Shown here piece after piece: positions 20,043-30,834 of a stretch of 31,112 bases of DNA. How positions within the stretch are numbered: position 1 is the stretch's first letter; every line of letters begins with the position of its first letter. The translations under genes and the position numbers were made by a program. The notes beneath the pieces were generated by a model. That model had not been told where the DNA came from. It searched no databases and saw nothing but the letters and a program-made list of their open reading frames with translations. The DNA is from Macrostomum lignano (lineage: Eukaryota), in NCBI GenBank assembly GCA_002269645.1, contig NIVC01004929.1, forward strand, positions 1-31,112. The letters are read 5' to 3'.

Positions 20043-22100
20043 ATGTCCAACCAGACACAGCAGCTGAAACAGGGTCGCAGCAGCGGTGGCGGCGATCACA
20101 GCAGCCCCTGTGTCCCCGGCTCGACCTCCTTCAGCGATTGTCTGCAGCCTAGGTCACCCACCTCAGCTCAGCAGATCGGCCAGATGGTGCTCGCGTTCTC
20201 CAAGCGGTCGACCATCCACGGCCTCAATCACATCGCGCAGGCCAGAAGCGCCAGGCGGCGAATCTTCTGGATGCTGATTTTCAGCGCGGCGAGCTGCGGC
20301 TTCCTCACGAATCTGTATCACATCGCCGTGAAGTACATTCAAGTACCGGTGCTCACTAACGTCAAGCACGACCACTTGTCGTTCAAGTTTCCGGACATAA
20401 CAGTCTGCAACATAAACCCGATTTTCTTTCCACCGAAGAACTCGCAGCACTACGAAGACTTATTGAGAGTCATTAAGCAATACGACCAGGATAAAAAAAT
20501 CTACAAGCAGCGAGCAGCAAAGCTGAAGAACTGGAAAAGGGGCGTCTTCACTAGCGTCATAAACGGCGTGTACATATCGGACTACCTGTACATGCAGAGA
20601 AACATCACCTTGTACAGCATCCCGCACGAGATATTTGTGCAAGACTGCAGGTACATGGGCACTCACAAGGACAGCTGCTCGAGCTCCTGGATCACGCACC
20701 GTCGCTGGCCGTACGGAGCCTGCTATCAGCTCAACATCACCAAGCTGGGCCGCGACGCCATCAGCCGATCCAACAAGAAGGCCTTCAGCAGCGGCTTCCG
20801 GCCCGACCTGTTCCTCCTGCTGTACAAAGGAGTCGAGTACCCGGACGAGTTCAAGTACCTGGACGCACACGGTCTCATCGGAATGCCCAGTGGGGTGCTT
20901 CTGATGCTGCACGAACCCGGGACTTATCCGCAAATTGGCGAGAGCTTCCTACTCGACAAGTACGCCCAGGTTGACCTTCACATGACCCGCAAGCAGCACC
21001 TGCGCAAGCTGAAGTTGTGCGAGTCGCACAGAGACATTTACGATTATGTGGATGTTGAAACTGGCGAGAGACGCTTCTACAAAGAGACGCGCACCGACTG
21101 CGTGGAGAACATCACGCAGACTGCCATCAAGCAGCAGTGCAAGTGCGTCGGCCACGAATACCCGCTAAAGTATGACGACGAAAAATATCCGTTCTGTCGG
21201 GATTTCAAGTGGTTCGACCAGCACTTTAACGACAGCGATTGCGCCAATCGAATGCACCGTCAGGTAAAGGAGGCGAACCCGTTGAAGATGTGCTACAAAG
21301 ACCTGTGCGAGCACACCACCTACTCAACTGTGATCAGTCAGGCTAATTTTCCAGCCGTGATTGAGCGCAAAACGCACCGCGGTTGGCTGAGACTGCTGAG
21401 CATGATGGAACGCGATGAGCTAAAAAAGTACGGAACGACAGACCTGGCATCCAAGGCCCTGAAACTCGATAGCACGACGGAGCCGATGAACATCTCAGAG
21501 GTGCTGACGAACGGCCAGTTTGAGCTTCTCAACGTAGATTTCGTGGAAAGAAATTTCATGTACCTGCGGATCGTTCCATCGTCTCTGTTTGCTGACGAGA
21601 TGCTCGAGGACGAGGAGTACCCGCTGAGCCGCTTCCTCACTGACGTCGGCGGCTGCGTCGGCCTGTGGGTTGGCGCTTCTCTCATCACCGTGTTCGAGTT
21701 CTGCGACCTGCTGCTCGACTTTCTGGGACTGGACGCCATCTTCCGGCGCAAGCGCTCGGTTCGCCAGAATGGACACTACTATGGCCAGCTGCGGCGGGCG
21801 CTGTCCCCTCACGAGGAGGTCACTCGGCTGGTTGAGTACAACCGCAGGACGCCGCTACCGCCGCCGCCGTCGCCGCAGATGACGCGAAACTCGCCGGCTG
21901 ACATAAATTCGGCTAAAGGAGGGCAGGACGACGAGGCGGGCAGCAACAGCGTGGCGACGGCAGCGGCGGCGGCGGCGACAGAGAACAGGCTGAACAGCGG
22001 CATCACAATGTCGGCCTCCACCCTGAGCTGCAGCTCGGCGGGCGGCGACCCGGTGAAGCGGCCGCGGGCGGTGCAGATCGGCATGGTGTCCAGTGTGTAG
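20043..22100 (+). CDS. Degenerin/epithelial sodium channel (DEG/ENaC, amiloride-sensitive Na+ channel family) subunit, 685 aa, intronless
   Basis: Family hallmarks in order: STIHG (HG gating motif), TM1 RRIFWMLIF, FPDITVCNIN, YGACYQLN, Cys-rich thumb, and TM2 FLTDVGGCVGLWVGASLITVFEF with the GAS selectivity filter. C-terminal SSV resembles a class I PDZ ligand. Confidence 0.95.
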   Translation: MSNQTQQLKQGRSSGGGDHSSPCVPGSTSFSDCLQPRSPTSAQQIGQMVLAFSKRSTIHGLNHIAQARSARRRIFWMLIFSAASCGFLTNLYHIAVKYIQVPVLTNVKHDHLSFKFPDITVCNINPIFFPPKNSQHYEDLLRVIKQYDQDKKIYKQRAAKLKNWKRGVFTSVINGVYISDYLYMQRNITLYSIPHEIFVQDCRYMGTHKDSCSSSWITHRRWPYGACYQLNITKLGRDAISRSNKKAFSSGFRPDLFLLLYKGVEYPDEFKYLDAHGLIGMPSGVLLMLHEPGTYPQIGESFLLDKYAQVDLHMTRKQHLRKLKLCESHRDIYDYVDVETGERRFYKETRTDCVENITQTAIKQQCKCVGHEYPLKYDDEKYPFCRDFKWFDQHFNDSDCANRMHRQVKEANPLKMCYKDLCEHTTYSTVISQANFPAVIERKTHRGWLRLLSMMERDELKKYGTTDLASKALKLDSTTEPMNISEVLTNGQFELLNVDFVERNFMYLRIVPSSLFADEMLEDEEYPLSRFLTDVGGCVGLWVGASLITVFEFCDLLLDFLGLDAIFRRKRSVRQNGHYYGQLRRALSPHEEVTRLVEYNRRTPLPPPPSPQMTRNSPADINSAKGGQDDEAGSNSVATAAAAAATENRLNSGITMSASTLSCSSAGGDPVKRPRAVQIGMVSSV

Positions 22101-24136
22101 CCGATCGCTGTATCAAATTTTAAGAATCGAAGTCTTCGCGACTTTATTTCGCCCCGCCTCCCGCTTCCCTGCTTGCTTCCCGTTGCCCAGCACCAAATAC
22201 CTGTAAAATCTGCTTGCACCTCCTCATTAATCATGCCCTGTGTGCCGTTCGCCCGAATCCCGTGCATTTCTTCAGCCTCTCACGCGCAGCAGCCGCTGTT
22301 CATTTGCACCGAGATTCTCTCAGCGGACACAATCGCAAAGACGACCATTTCTGACTATTTGGACATTGTGCCAGAACGAACTTTTCACCACTCCATTGCC
22401 GCTAGTCCGAGTTTATATTTTCAAAGCGCTACTTTAAACCTCAACTGAAAGCTGACCGAAAATAAGCGCAGCGCCTTATTTACTTTGTTGTAAATTCACT
22501 TGGCCAGTAAAGTTCTGTCTTCTGCTTTTTCTCGCAGAGTAAAAGCAATATTTTAAAACGCTCGGATTTTTAAAACCTACAATATTTATTTAGCAAAGAC
22601 CGCGACCTTTCAGTAGGCAATGTCACTCTGGGGGCTCCCTGTTTGTCACCTGTCAGCTCGCATCTGGCTTTGCTTTGTTAACGACCCGACGGGAGCGGAA
22701 GACCAGGATCAGTCAGGACCAGCTCGATATGCTGCATCCTTTACTTGACTTCTGCATAGTCTGTGTTGAGCTGTCAGCCCATGCAAGAAAAACACCTGCA
22801 AGTGCCGGACCAGCAGCATGCCAGGACCCTCTTCCCCTTAGAGAAATATCATAGAATTAATTGCCCTGCCCGAAATCTCCCAGAGTGCATCGTCTGTCGG
22901 GCAGCCGTCGCGCACTCATTCAGGTCTCTGCTGGCCCTGGCCTGGCCGGACAAGAATAACTCAAAAGGACTTCAATGCCTAGCGACCAGGCCCAGTAGGC
23001 AGTCGGGCTCAGCCGCACTTCTCTCGCAAAAATCAATGCTGGACTGGCGCCCGGGGCGGACAGTTGGGACAGGAGCCTCAAAACTGGCGGAGCAAGGAGA
23101 TTCTTCGGTCGGCCCTGCCCAGATCAACAGAAGGTGCCGGGGAATCAGATCTCATGACCTCGCTGAGCAGCCCAGTACACGAGCAACGTCCTCGGTGAAA
23201 CGAAATTGAGAGTTGCTCTCTGTGCTCAGGTCTGCTAATCCCTCCGCATGCAAAAGCTTCAGTGGGAACTGCAAGCTATTCCTCACTCCTCGCAATGCTT
23301 GAACATTATTGATTTGTGGTGAGCAAAAGTCTTCCCAAATCCGCGAACGAGTTTTTAAAGGCCAAAACCCCCAAAAATGTCTTGATTTCTATTCTGAGTG
23401 GAGCGAATATCGAGCAGAATTTGAAGCAACACTCCGCTGTTCTTCGGGCGTGGGAACGGGGCTCTCAGTAGGTGGACAGACCGGCGCAGCTGCCGCTTTT
23501 CGACTTTGCAATCGGCGACGCGTCCCCCTTCAGGTGAGAGGCAGGACTCCTTGGCGGCCGCAGCCCCCCAGACCTTTCCAGACTGGAGAGGTCGGTCGGA
23601 CCTTCGATCTTAATCTCGCGCGGCTGCGGGAGGCCGCTGTAAAAGTTTGAAAACAGACCGGGCCGCAGCCTGACAGAAGGCAATTTGGAGAGGAACTTGA
23701 AAGGCCGAGGCCAGCTGACCGACTTTGGCCTCGGTGCCTGTGATTTACACTGGGGCTCGGTTCCCTCTCGCTAATGGGTTTCGCCATTCTCTGCGGAATA
23801 AACCCGCCTGCCAGCTTCATGCAGCTTCTGCTGCAGTACTGGGACACCCAGCAGCAGCAGCAGCGTAGAACTCGGGGTGAAAGCAATTTTACTGTCGAGA
23901 ATGCTCGATTGTCACAAATTGCTTCAATTTGCCTGGGCCTCGCTGTAAAATGTTGTACTGTAATCCTGGCCTCTCTGCAGGGAAAGCAAGTACCTGAGCT
24001 TTGTAGACAGTCTCGATCTGTGGTAGTGAACAAGATCGTAAGGCCCAGCTGCTCTCCTACATATTTAACTCGCAGTTGCACCCTCCTTGCTCACAGACCC
24101 GTGAGGCTCCGTGTACGCAAGGAGGGAGAGGAGGAA

Positions 24137-24392
24137 CAGGGACAGTGAACAGACAGGGACAGTGAACAGACAGGGACAGTGAACAGACAGGGACAGTGAA
24201 CAGACCGGGACAGTGAACAGACAGGGACAGTGAACAGACGAGGACAGTGAACAGACGAGGACAGTGAACAGACGAGGACAGTGAACAGACAGGGACAGTG
24301 AACAGACAGGGACAGTGAACAGACAGGGACAGTGAACAGACAGGGACAGTGAACAGACAGGGACAGTGAACAGACAGGGACAGTGAACAGAC
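24137..24392. repeat. 17-bp minisatellite GACAGTGAACAGACAGG
   Basis: About 15 units. Confidence 0.95.
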
Positions 24393-24560
24393 ACCTGTCA
24401 TGAGGTACTGTTTGAACTGACACCTGTCATGAGGTACTGTTTGAACTGACACCTGTCATGAGGTACTGTTTGAACTGACACCTGTCATGAGGTACTGTTT
24501 GAACTAACACCTGTCATGAGGTACTGTTTGAACTGACACTTGTCATGAGGTACTGTTTCA
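24390..24560. repeat. 29-bp minisatellite ACACCTGTCATGAGGTACTGTTTGAACTG
   Basis: About 6 units, abutting the 17-mer array. Confidence 0.95.
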
Positions 24561-24666
24561 AGGGCGGATGCTCAAATGGGCTCACGAGGCTGCGGTCGAC
24601 GCAGCCAGCAGGGCGGGGGCTTTCAATTTTTACTCTACAGGCCGACGCGAAGTGGTGAGGAGGACG

Positions 24667-26362
24667 ACACAGACGGAGCTCTGCCTGACACAGCTAGCAC
24701 CAGCCTCAGCTGACACAGACGGAGCCCTGCCTGACACAGCTAGCACCAGCCTCAGCTGACACAGACGGAGCTCTGCCTGACACAGCTAGCACCAGCCTCA
24801 GCTGACACAGACGGAGCCCTGCCTGACACAGCTAGCACCAGCCTCAGCTGACACAGACGGAGCCCTGCCTGACACATCTAGCACCAGCCTCAGCTGACAC
24901 AGACGGAGCCCTGCCTGACACATCTAGCACCAGCCTCAGCTGACACAGACGGAGCTCTGCCTGACACATCTAGCACCAGCCTCAGCTGACACAGACGGAG
25001 CTCTGCCTGACACAGCTAGCACCAGCCTCAGCTGACACAGACGGAGCCCTGCCTGACACAGCTAGCACCAGCCTCAGCTGACACAGACGGAGCCCTGCCT
25101 GACACAGCTAGCACCAGCCTCAGCTGACACAGACGGAGCCCTGCCTGACACAGCTAGCACCAGCCTCAGCTGACACAGACGGAGCCCTGCCTGACACAGT
25201 TAGCACCAGCCTCAGCTGACACAGACGGAGCCCTGCCTGACACAGCTAGCACCAGCCTCAGCTGACACAGACGGAGCCCTGCCTGACACATCTAGCACCA
25301 GCCTCAGCTGACACAGACGGAGCCCTGCCTGACACATCTAGCACCAGCCTCAGCTGACACAGACGGAGCCCTGCCTGACACATCTAGCACCAGCCTCAGC
25401 TGACACAGACGGAGCCCTGCCTGACACATCTAGCACCAGCCTCAGCTGACACAGACGGAGCTCTGCCTGACACAGCTAGCACCAGCCTCAGCTGACACAG
25501 ACGGAGCCCTGCCTGACACAGCTAGCACCAGCCTCAGCTGACACAGACGGAGCCCTGCCTGACACAGCTAGCACCAGCCTCAGCTGACACAGACGGAGCC
25601 CTGCCTGACACAGCTAGCACCAGCCTCAGCTGACACAGACGGAGCCCTGCCTGACACAGTTAGCACCAGCCTCAGCTGACACAGACGGAGCCCTGCCTGA
25701 CACAGCTAGCACCAGCCTCAGCTGACACAGACGGAGCCCTGCCTGACACATCTAGCACCAGCCTCAGCTGACACAGACGGAGCCCTGCCTGACACATCTA
25801 GCACCAGCCTCAGCTGACACAGACGGAGCCCTGCCTGACACATCTAGCACCAGCCTCAGCTGACACAGACGGAGCCCTGCCTGACACAGCTAGCACCAGC
25901 CTCAGCTGACACAGACGGAGCCCTGCCTGACACAGCTAGCACCAGCCTCAGCTGACACAGACGGAGCCCTGCCTGACACAGCTAGCACCAGCCTCAGCTG
26001 ACACAGACAGGGCTCTGTCTGACACAGCTAGCACCAGCCTCAGCTGACACAGACGGAGCCCTGCCTGACACATCTAGCACCAGCCTCAGCTGACACAGAC
26101 AGGGCTCTGTCTGACACAGCTAGCACCAGCCTCAGCTGACACAGACGGAGCCCTGCCTGACACATCTAGCACCAGCCTCAGCTGACACAGACAGGGCTCT
26201 GTCTGACACAGCTAGCACCAGCCTCAGCTGACACAGACGGAGCTCTGTCTGACACAGCTAGCACCAGCCTCAGCTGACACAGACGGAGCCCTGCCTGACA
26301 CAGCTAGCACCAGCCTCAGCTGACACAGACGGAGCCCTGCCTGACACAGCTAGCACCAGCCT
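24667..26362. repeat. 46-bp minisatellite, about 37 copies
   Basis: Unit ACACAGACGGAGCCCTGCCTGACACAGCTAGCACCAGCCTCAGCTG with few variant positions. Confidence 0.97.
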
Positions 26363-26399
26363 ATGACACAGCATAATCCTCAACTGAACTGCCGTCGAC

Positions 26400-26660
26400 A
26401 GTCATGCTTGGCTCCCATACAGCGGGTCTGTATCGGTGGACTTAAACTTATCACTGAAATATCAGCGACAGCACAGCAAGGCGTCTGTTGCATTACTAAT
26501 ATTAGATTACGGCACCCGAATGTCTTTTTGTATGTCTGGTTGCTGACACCTCCTTCTTGGATGCCGCAAGTCTTTTATAGTGGGCTGAATGCGAGGGCCG
26601 GAGAGCATTGCACTCTGGGCCTGCCCCAGCCTCCGCTGCATCTGAAAGGCACTTTTGTCC
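26400..26660 (-). mobile_element. Decayed RTE-like non-LTR retrotransposon ORF2 fragment
   Basis: Minus-strand peptides QRRLGQAQSAM and PLYGSQA* resemble the post-RT motifs RRlgqAxsA and LLYGxExW of RTE-clade elements. Stops are present and motif spacing is longer than expected. Confidence 0.4.
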
Positions 26661-26732
26661 TGCGTGTCAACTGACGAGGAAAATTGTAAAATATCTGGAA
26701 ACGTATAGGAGATTGTGGGATTTTCTGAGGGG

Positions 26733-27022
26733 ATTTCTCAGATTCTGGTAGAGGGGGATTTCTCAGATTGGGGTAGAGGGGGATTTCTCAAATTGGGGGT
26801 AGAGGGGAATTTCTCAGATTGGGGTAGAGGGGAATTTCTCAAATTGGGGTAGAGGGGAATTTCTCAGATTGGGGTAGAGGGGAATTTCTCAAATTGGGGG
26901 TAGAGGGGAATTTCTTAGATTGGGGTAGAGGGGAATTTCTCAAATTGGGGGTAGAGGGGAATTTCTCAGATTGGGGTAGAGGGGAATTTCTCAAATTGGG
27001 GGTAGAGGGGAATTTCTCAGAT
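26733..27022. repeat. 25/26-bp alternating minisatellite (51-bp higher-order dimer) GGGGTAGAGGGGAATTTCTCA(G/A)ATT
   Basis: Alternating AGATT-GGGG and AAATT-GGGGG units. Confidence 0.9.
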
Positions 27023-27212
27023 TTCATTCACTAATTCACGGTGAATTACTCATATTTTTGTGTAGAGGAGTTAAGCAGCAGTGGACATGCACGCCAAGTT
27101 TATGTCTGTGGCCGAGTTCCCCTGATGAAGCCCACAGCTTCCTACGGAGCTATTTAACAGACACTCTGCTAAAGTAATAAAAAGCAGCAATTCGAAAAGT
27201 GCAAATCCAGCA

Positions 27213-27701
27213 ATGCGGGTGCTTCTGCTGCTCTCAGCCGCTGCACTTGCTGCATCAGCGGCTCCGGGCACCCAGATGGACACCTGGGTGGAGCTGCAGT
27301 GCCTGGACATCCAGGAGAAGGATCTCAGCAGGCACCGCGGCAAAAGCCCCGACTGGCTGCTTCTGCTACCGGTTGTCCGCGGCCTCACCTGCCGCGCCAG
27401 GGGTCACGTGACCTTCGAGGAGCCCGGGCCGGAGCTGGCCTGGATGGAGTTCGACATCGCCAGCCCGGGCTGCATCGAGCTGTTCTACTGCAGCGACGAG
27501 TTCGTGCGAGTCAGCCTCCGCGACGCTGGCAACCGGACATTCGCCGGCCTGTCCACCGCCTGGGACACCAAGATCAGCGACTGCGACGGCCCTGGCGTGG
27601 CGCCGCACGGCAGGAAGAACTGCTTCTGGATCGGCGATCGCTGGGTGCTGCACATGGCGTACATGCTGCGGTCGGCAGCGCTGCTGCCCTGGACTGACTG
27701 A
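27213..27701 (+). CDS. Intronless secreted orphan protein, 162 aa, 6 Cys
   Basis: Signal peptide MRVLLLLSAAALAASAA, strong GC3 codon bias, NRT sequon. No family recognised. Confidence 0.75.
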   Translation: MRVLLLLSAAALAASAAPGTQMDTWVELQCLDIQEKDLSRHRGKSPDWLLLLPVVRGLTCRARGHVTFEEPGPELAWMEFDIASPGCIELFYCSDEFVRVSLRDAGNRTFAGLSTAWDTKISDCDGPGVAPHGRKNCFWIGDRWVLHMAYMLRSAALLPWTD

Positions 27702-27718
27702 GACTTTTATTTGCTAGA

Positions 27719-27930
27719 TCTCTAACAGGCTGTCTAACAGACTGTGTAACAGGCTGTCTAACAGGCTGTCTAACAGGCTGTCTAACAGGCTGTCTAACAG
27801 GCTGTCTAACAGGCTGTCTAACAGGCTGTCTAACAGGCTGTCTAACAGGCTGTCTAACAGGCTGTCTAACAGGCTGTCTAACAGGCTGTCTAACAGGCTG
27901 TCTAACAGGCTGTCTAACAGGCTGTCTATG
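27719..27930. repeat. 12-bp minisatellite CTAACAGGCTGT
   Basis: About 17 units just downstream of the 27213-27701 CDS. Confidence 0.95.
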
Positions 27931-28420
27931 TCTAACTGTATGTGACCCTACTGCACTCAGCGAGGCCTCTGTCCAGCAGTGTGGCCCCAATGTACCCAGA
28001 AATTACCTGCCTGTACATTAATCCGATTCAGTCGCACGTCTGAGTTAAACAGTACTCAAAGTCACATTGCTTTCAAGCTTCCGTACAGCAGAATCACTAA
28101 TGTGAGCCAAGTTGTATTGCAGAATTAAAACAGTTATGGCGGGTGTTTTGCGTACTCCCAAACTGAACCCAAGCCCAACAGCCTTCGCCTTCGGTTTCAG
28201 AAATATCAAGTAAAATTTCTTCAAAGCAGACCTTTAGCATTGAAGCAATTTTAAACGGCTGAAGCAAGTGAGGAATTTCAACCGAAATGTCGCTGCCGGC
28301 CCAACCCGAGCTGTGCGCAGTTCGCTCAGCCGCTACATCCGCGGCCTCCCCCGCCGCCGCCCCGCTGGCTGCATAAAACGGCGGATGCGAGCCGGCCTTG
28401 GCCAGGCTGAACCCCACGAG

Positions 28421-29109
28421 ATGTTCTCAATGCTGCTGCTGCTGACGGTGGCTGCCGCGGCTGCTGAAGCTTCGGGCAGCCCCGCCTGCGCCGACTACCC
28501 GGCCTGGCTGCCGCCGCCGTGGCTGGCGGACCGGCGCAGCGGCCGGGCGCAGGCGGCGGCCTCGCCGATTCTCCTGAACGTGTCCGCCGCCGCCTACTTC
28601 GCCTTCGCCGCCCGCTACGAGGATGCCGTCCGCTCGCTGGGCCGCTCGCCGGGCAGCTGCTGCGGCCTCGGCCCGGAGGTGCCGGGACTCGTGCTGGCCG
28701 AGTTCGACATCCGGCCGCAGCTTCCCCGCCCGGCCGGCCAGCAGCCGGCCATCCTGGCCTCGCTGTTGCCCTTCAACAACTCGCTGCTGCAGGCGCAGGA
28801 CTCGCTGCTGGTGGCGGCCACGCGCCGCCTCATCGCCGCCGGCCTGTTCGGCAGGCTGAGTCTGTACGACTTCCTGAGCAGCCGCGAGCCCGAGCTGCTG
28901 GCCTGGCTCAGCCAGCGCCACCTGTTCTGCCTGGCGCAGAGCCGCTCCCGGCTGCGCCTGCTGATGGCCCGGCCGCTCGCCAGTTCGAGTTCGAGGCCAG
29001 CATGGCCGGCCCGTTCCGCATGAGCTTCCGGCTGGCGCCGTGCCGGGACCGGCTGGGCGATGAGGGCCGGGCGATCCGCTTCCGGGCTGAGGTGCGGCTG
29101 CTGCTTTGA
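28421..29109 (+). CDS. Intronless secreted orphan protein, about 229 aa after correcting a 1-nt frameshift near 28968-28970 (201 aa as written, stop 29023); assembly error or young pseudogene
   Basis: Signal peptide MFSMLLLLTVAAAAAEAS, NVS and NNS sequons. GC3-biased codons switch to the -1 frame after ...RLLMA and continue PAARQFEFEASMAGPFRMSF...RLLL* to 29109. Confidence 0.65.
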
Positions 29110-29327
29110 CTGCGGCTTTGAACTGACTGGGCTGCGCCCTGACTGTTACATGCTACTGTAAGTAGCTTTAAGCAATAGAATATCGCCTAATGCACACAGA
29201 TTTATGAAATCTAAATCTCAACCTGCTAAAAAGCCCGTTAACATTTATTCTCTTGTGTTATTGTGTTTTTGTTGTGCATGAAAATCAGACTTACAATAGC
29301 AGAGTTTATTTGTGTTGTGCCTGCGAT

Positions 29328-29760
29328 GGATCTGGGGACTCGGGGGATCTGGGGACTCGGGGGATCTGGGGACTCGGAGGGGATCTGGGAACTCGGAGGG
29401 GATCTGGGACTCGGGGGGATCTGGGGACTCGGGGGATCTGGGGACTCGGAGGGGATCTGGGAACTCGGAGGGGATCTGGGGACTCGGGGGATCTGGGGAC
29501 TCGGGGGGATCTGGGACTTGGGGGATCTGGGGACTCGGGGGGATCTGGTGAATCTGGGGGGATCTGGGAACTCGGAGGGGATCTGGTGAATCTGGGGGAT
29601 CTGGGAACTCGGAGGGGATCTGGTGAATCTGGGGGATCCGGGAACTCGGAGGGGATCTGGTGAATCTGGGGGGATCTGGGAACTCAGAGGGGATCTGGTG
29701 AATCTGGGGGATCTGGGAACTCGGAGGGGATCTGGTGAATCTGGGGGGATCTGGGGACTC
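29328..29760. repeat. G-rich degenerate minisatellite (GGGGATCTGGG(G/A)ACTCGG core)
   Basis: Direct inspection. Confidence 0.92.
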
Positions 29761-30620
29761 GAAGCCCGCGCAAGAAGCCAACCTACCATGGTTTCAAGAT
29801 GCATTTTGCAGGGCATCAGCACTGGGCGGTTGGTCTCAAACAGAACTGTCTCGTTCAGTCGACCACTGGAGCGGACAAGACAATGTGCAGTCAGGTACTC
29901 AGTATTTGCCTTGTAGTGCAAAGCAAGAAAATATAGCCATAGTTTATTTCGCACTTTGATGGCACATAAAAAAGCGGGAAAATAATTTAATTATAATAGA
30001 GAACCATTAATAATGCACAGGGAGCACCCTCAGAGCGTGTCAATGTTGGCCGATGCAGGAACAGTGTTCGTCCAGGATAGGCAGCTGGGACACTCAATCT
30101 AAAAATAAGGCTAATCAAGCTGGTCAGGATTCAGTAATCAGTAGTGTGGGATACATTAGGGATCGATAGGAAACCCGATAAGATCGGATGTCTATGGCGC
30201 ATGCAAAGTCGCCATGTCGTGTGTGAGTCGATCCCCGCTGTGGAAAATATCCACAAGTAGAATAGAATTTGCACACAAAAAGAAGCCGCAATGAAAGAAC
30301 GCCAAACGAGGTGAGGTAGTTAGTGCAGCAAGTGAGAGTGAGAGATAAGCGCCCATATGGAACGATCAGAGGGCAGTAGCAGCAGAGGGCAGGGAAGTGG
30401 GAAAAGCGATACAAAACTGTCAGAAGTGAACTTTATAATATTTTCATATTCAAAAAAATTGTTGTTAAACTAGAAGTTAGATTGATGAACTGCATAATTT
30501 GTATAGATTTTGTTTTCAAACTTTTATACTTGCGAAATAACCGATTAAAAAAACCGTTTTTTTTCAAACCGCCGAACTGCGAATATTTTAGTATCAAATT
30601 GTTCACTCACTGACTTAATG

Positions 30621-30834
30621 CTGGCTGGCAAAACGTCGGCTGGCAAACGTCGGCTGGCAAACGTCGGCTGGCAAAACGTCGGCTGGCAAGCTTCCGCTGG
30701 CAAACGTCGGCTGGCAAGCTTCCGCTGGCAAACGTCGGCTGCAAGCTTCCCGCAGGCAAACGTCCCGCAGGCAAACGTCGGCTGGCAAACGTCCCGCAGG
30801 CAAACGTCGGCTGGCAAACGTCCCGCAGGCAAAG
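30621..30834. repeat. About 14-bp minisatellite GGCTGGCAAACGTC with variants
   Basis: Direct inspection. Confidence 0.9.

Noticed and set aside
24667-26362. Regular 46-bp and 48-bp arrays as possible CRISPR
   Set aside because: Head-to-tail units with no unique spacers, no cas genes, eukaryotic context.
28268-28420. 51-aa N-terminal extension given by the ORF track (GTG start)
   Set aside because: Non-ATG start, and the signal peptide begins at ATG 28421.
28960-28990. Programmed -1 ribosomal frameshift
   Set aside because: No X-XXY-YYZ slippery heptamer at the shift; an indel is simpler.
1-30834. Many long ORFs inside tandem arrays (e.g. 209-1490, 4087-4494, 4413-5066, 6816-7454, 17996-18630, 29238-29954)
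   Set aside because: Periodic translations of stop-free repeat units, open in several frames and strands, mostly inside predicted introns.
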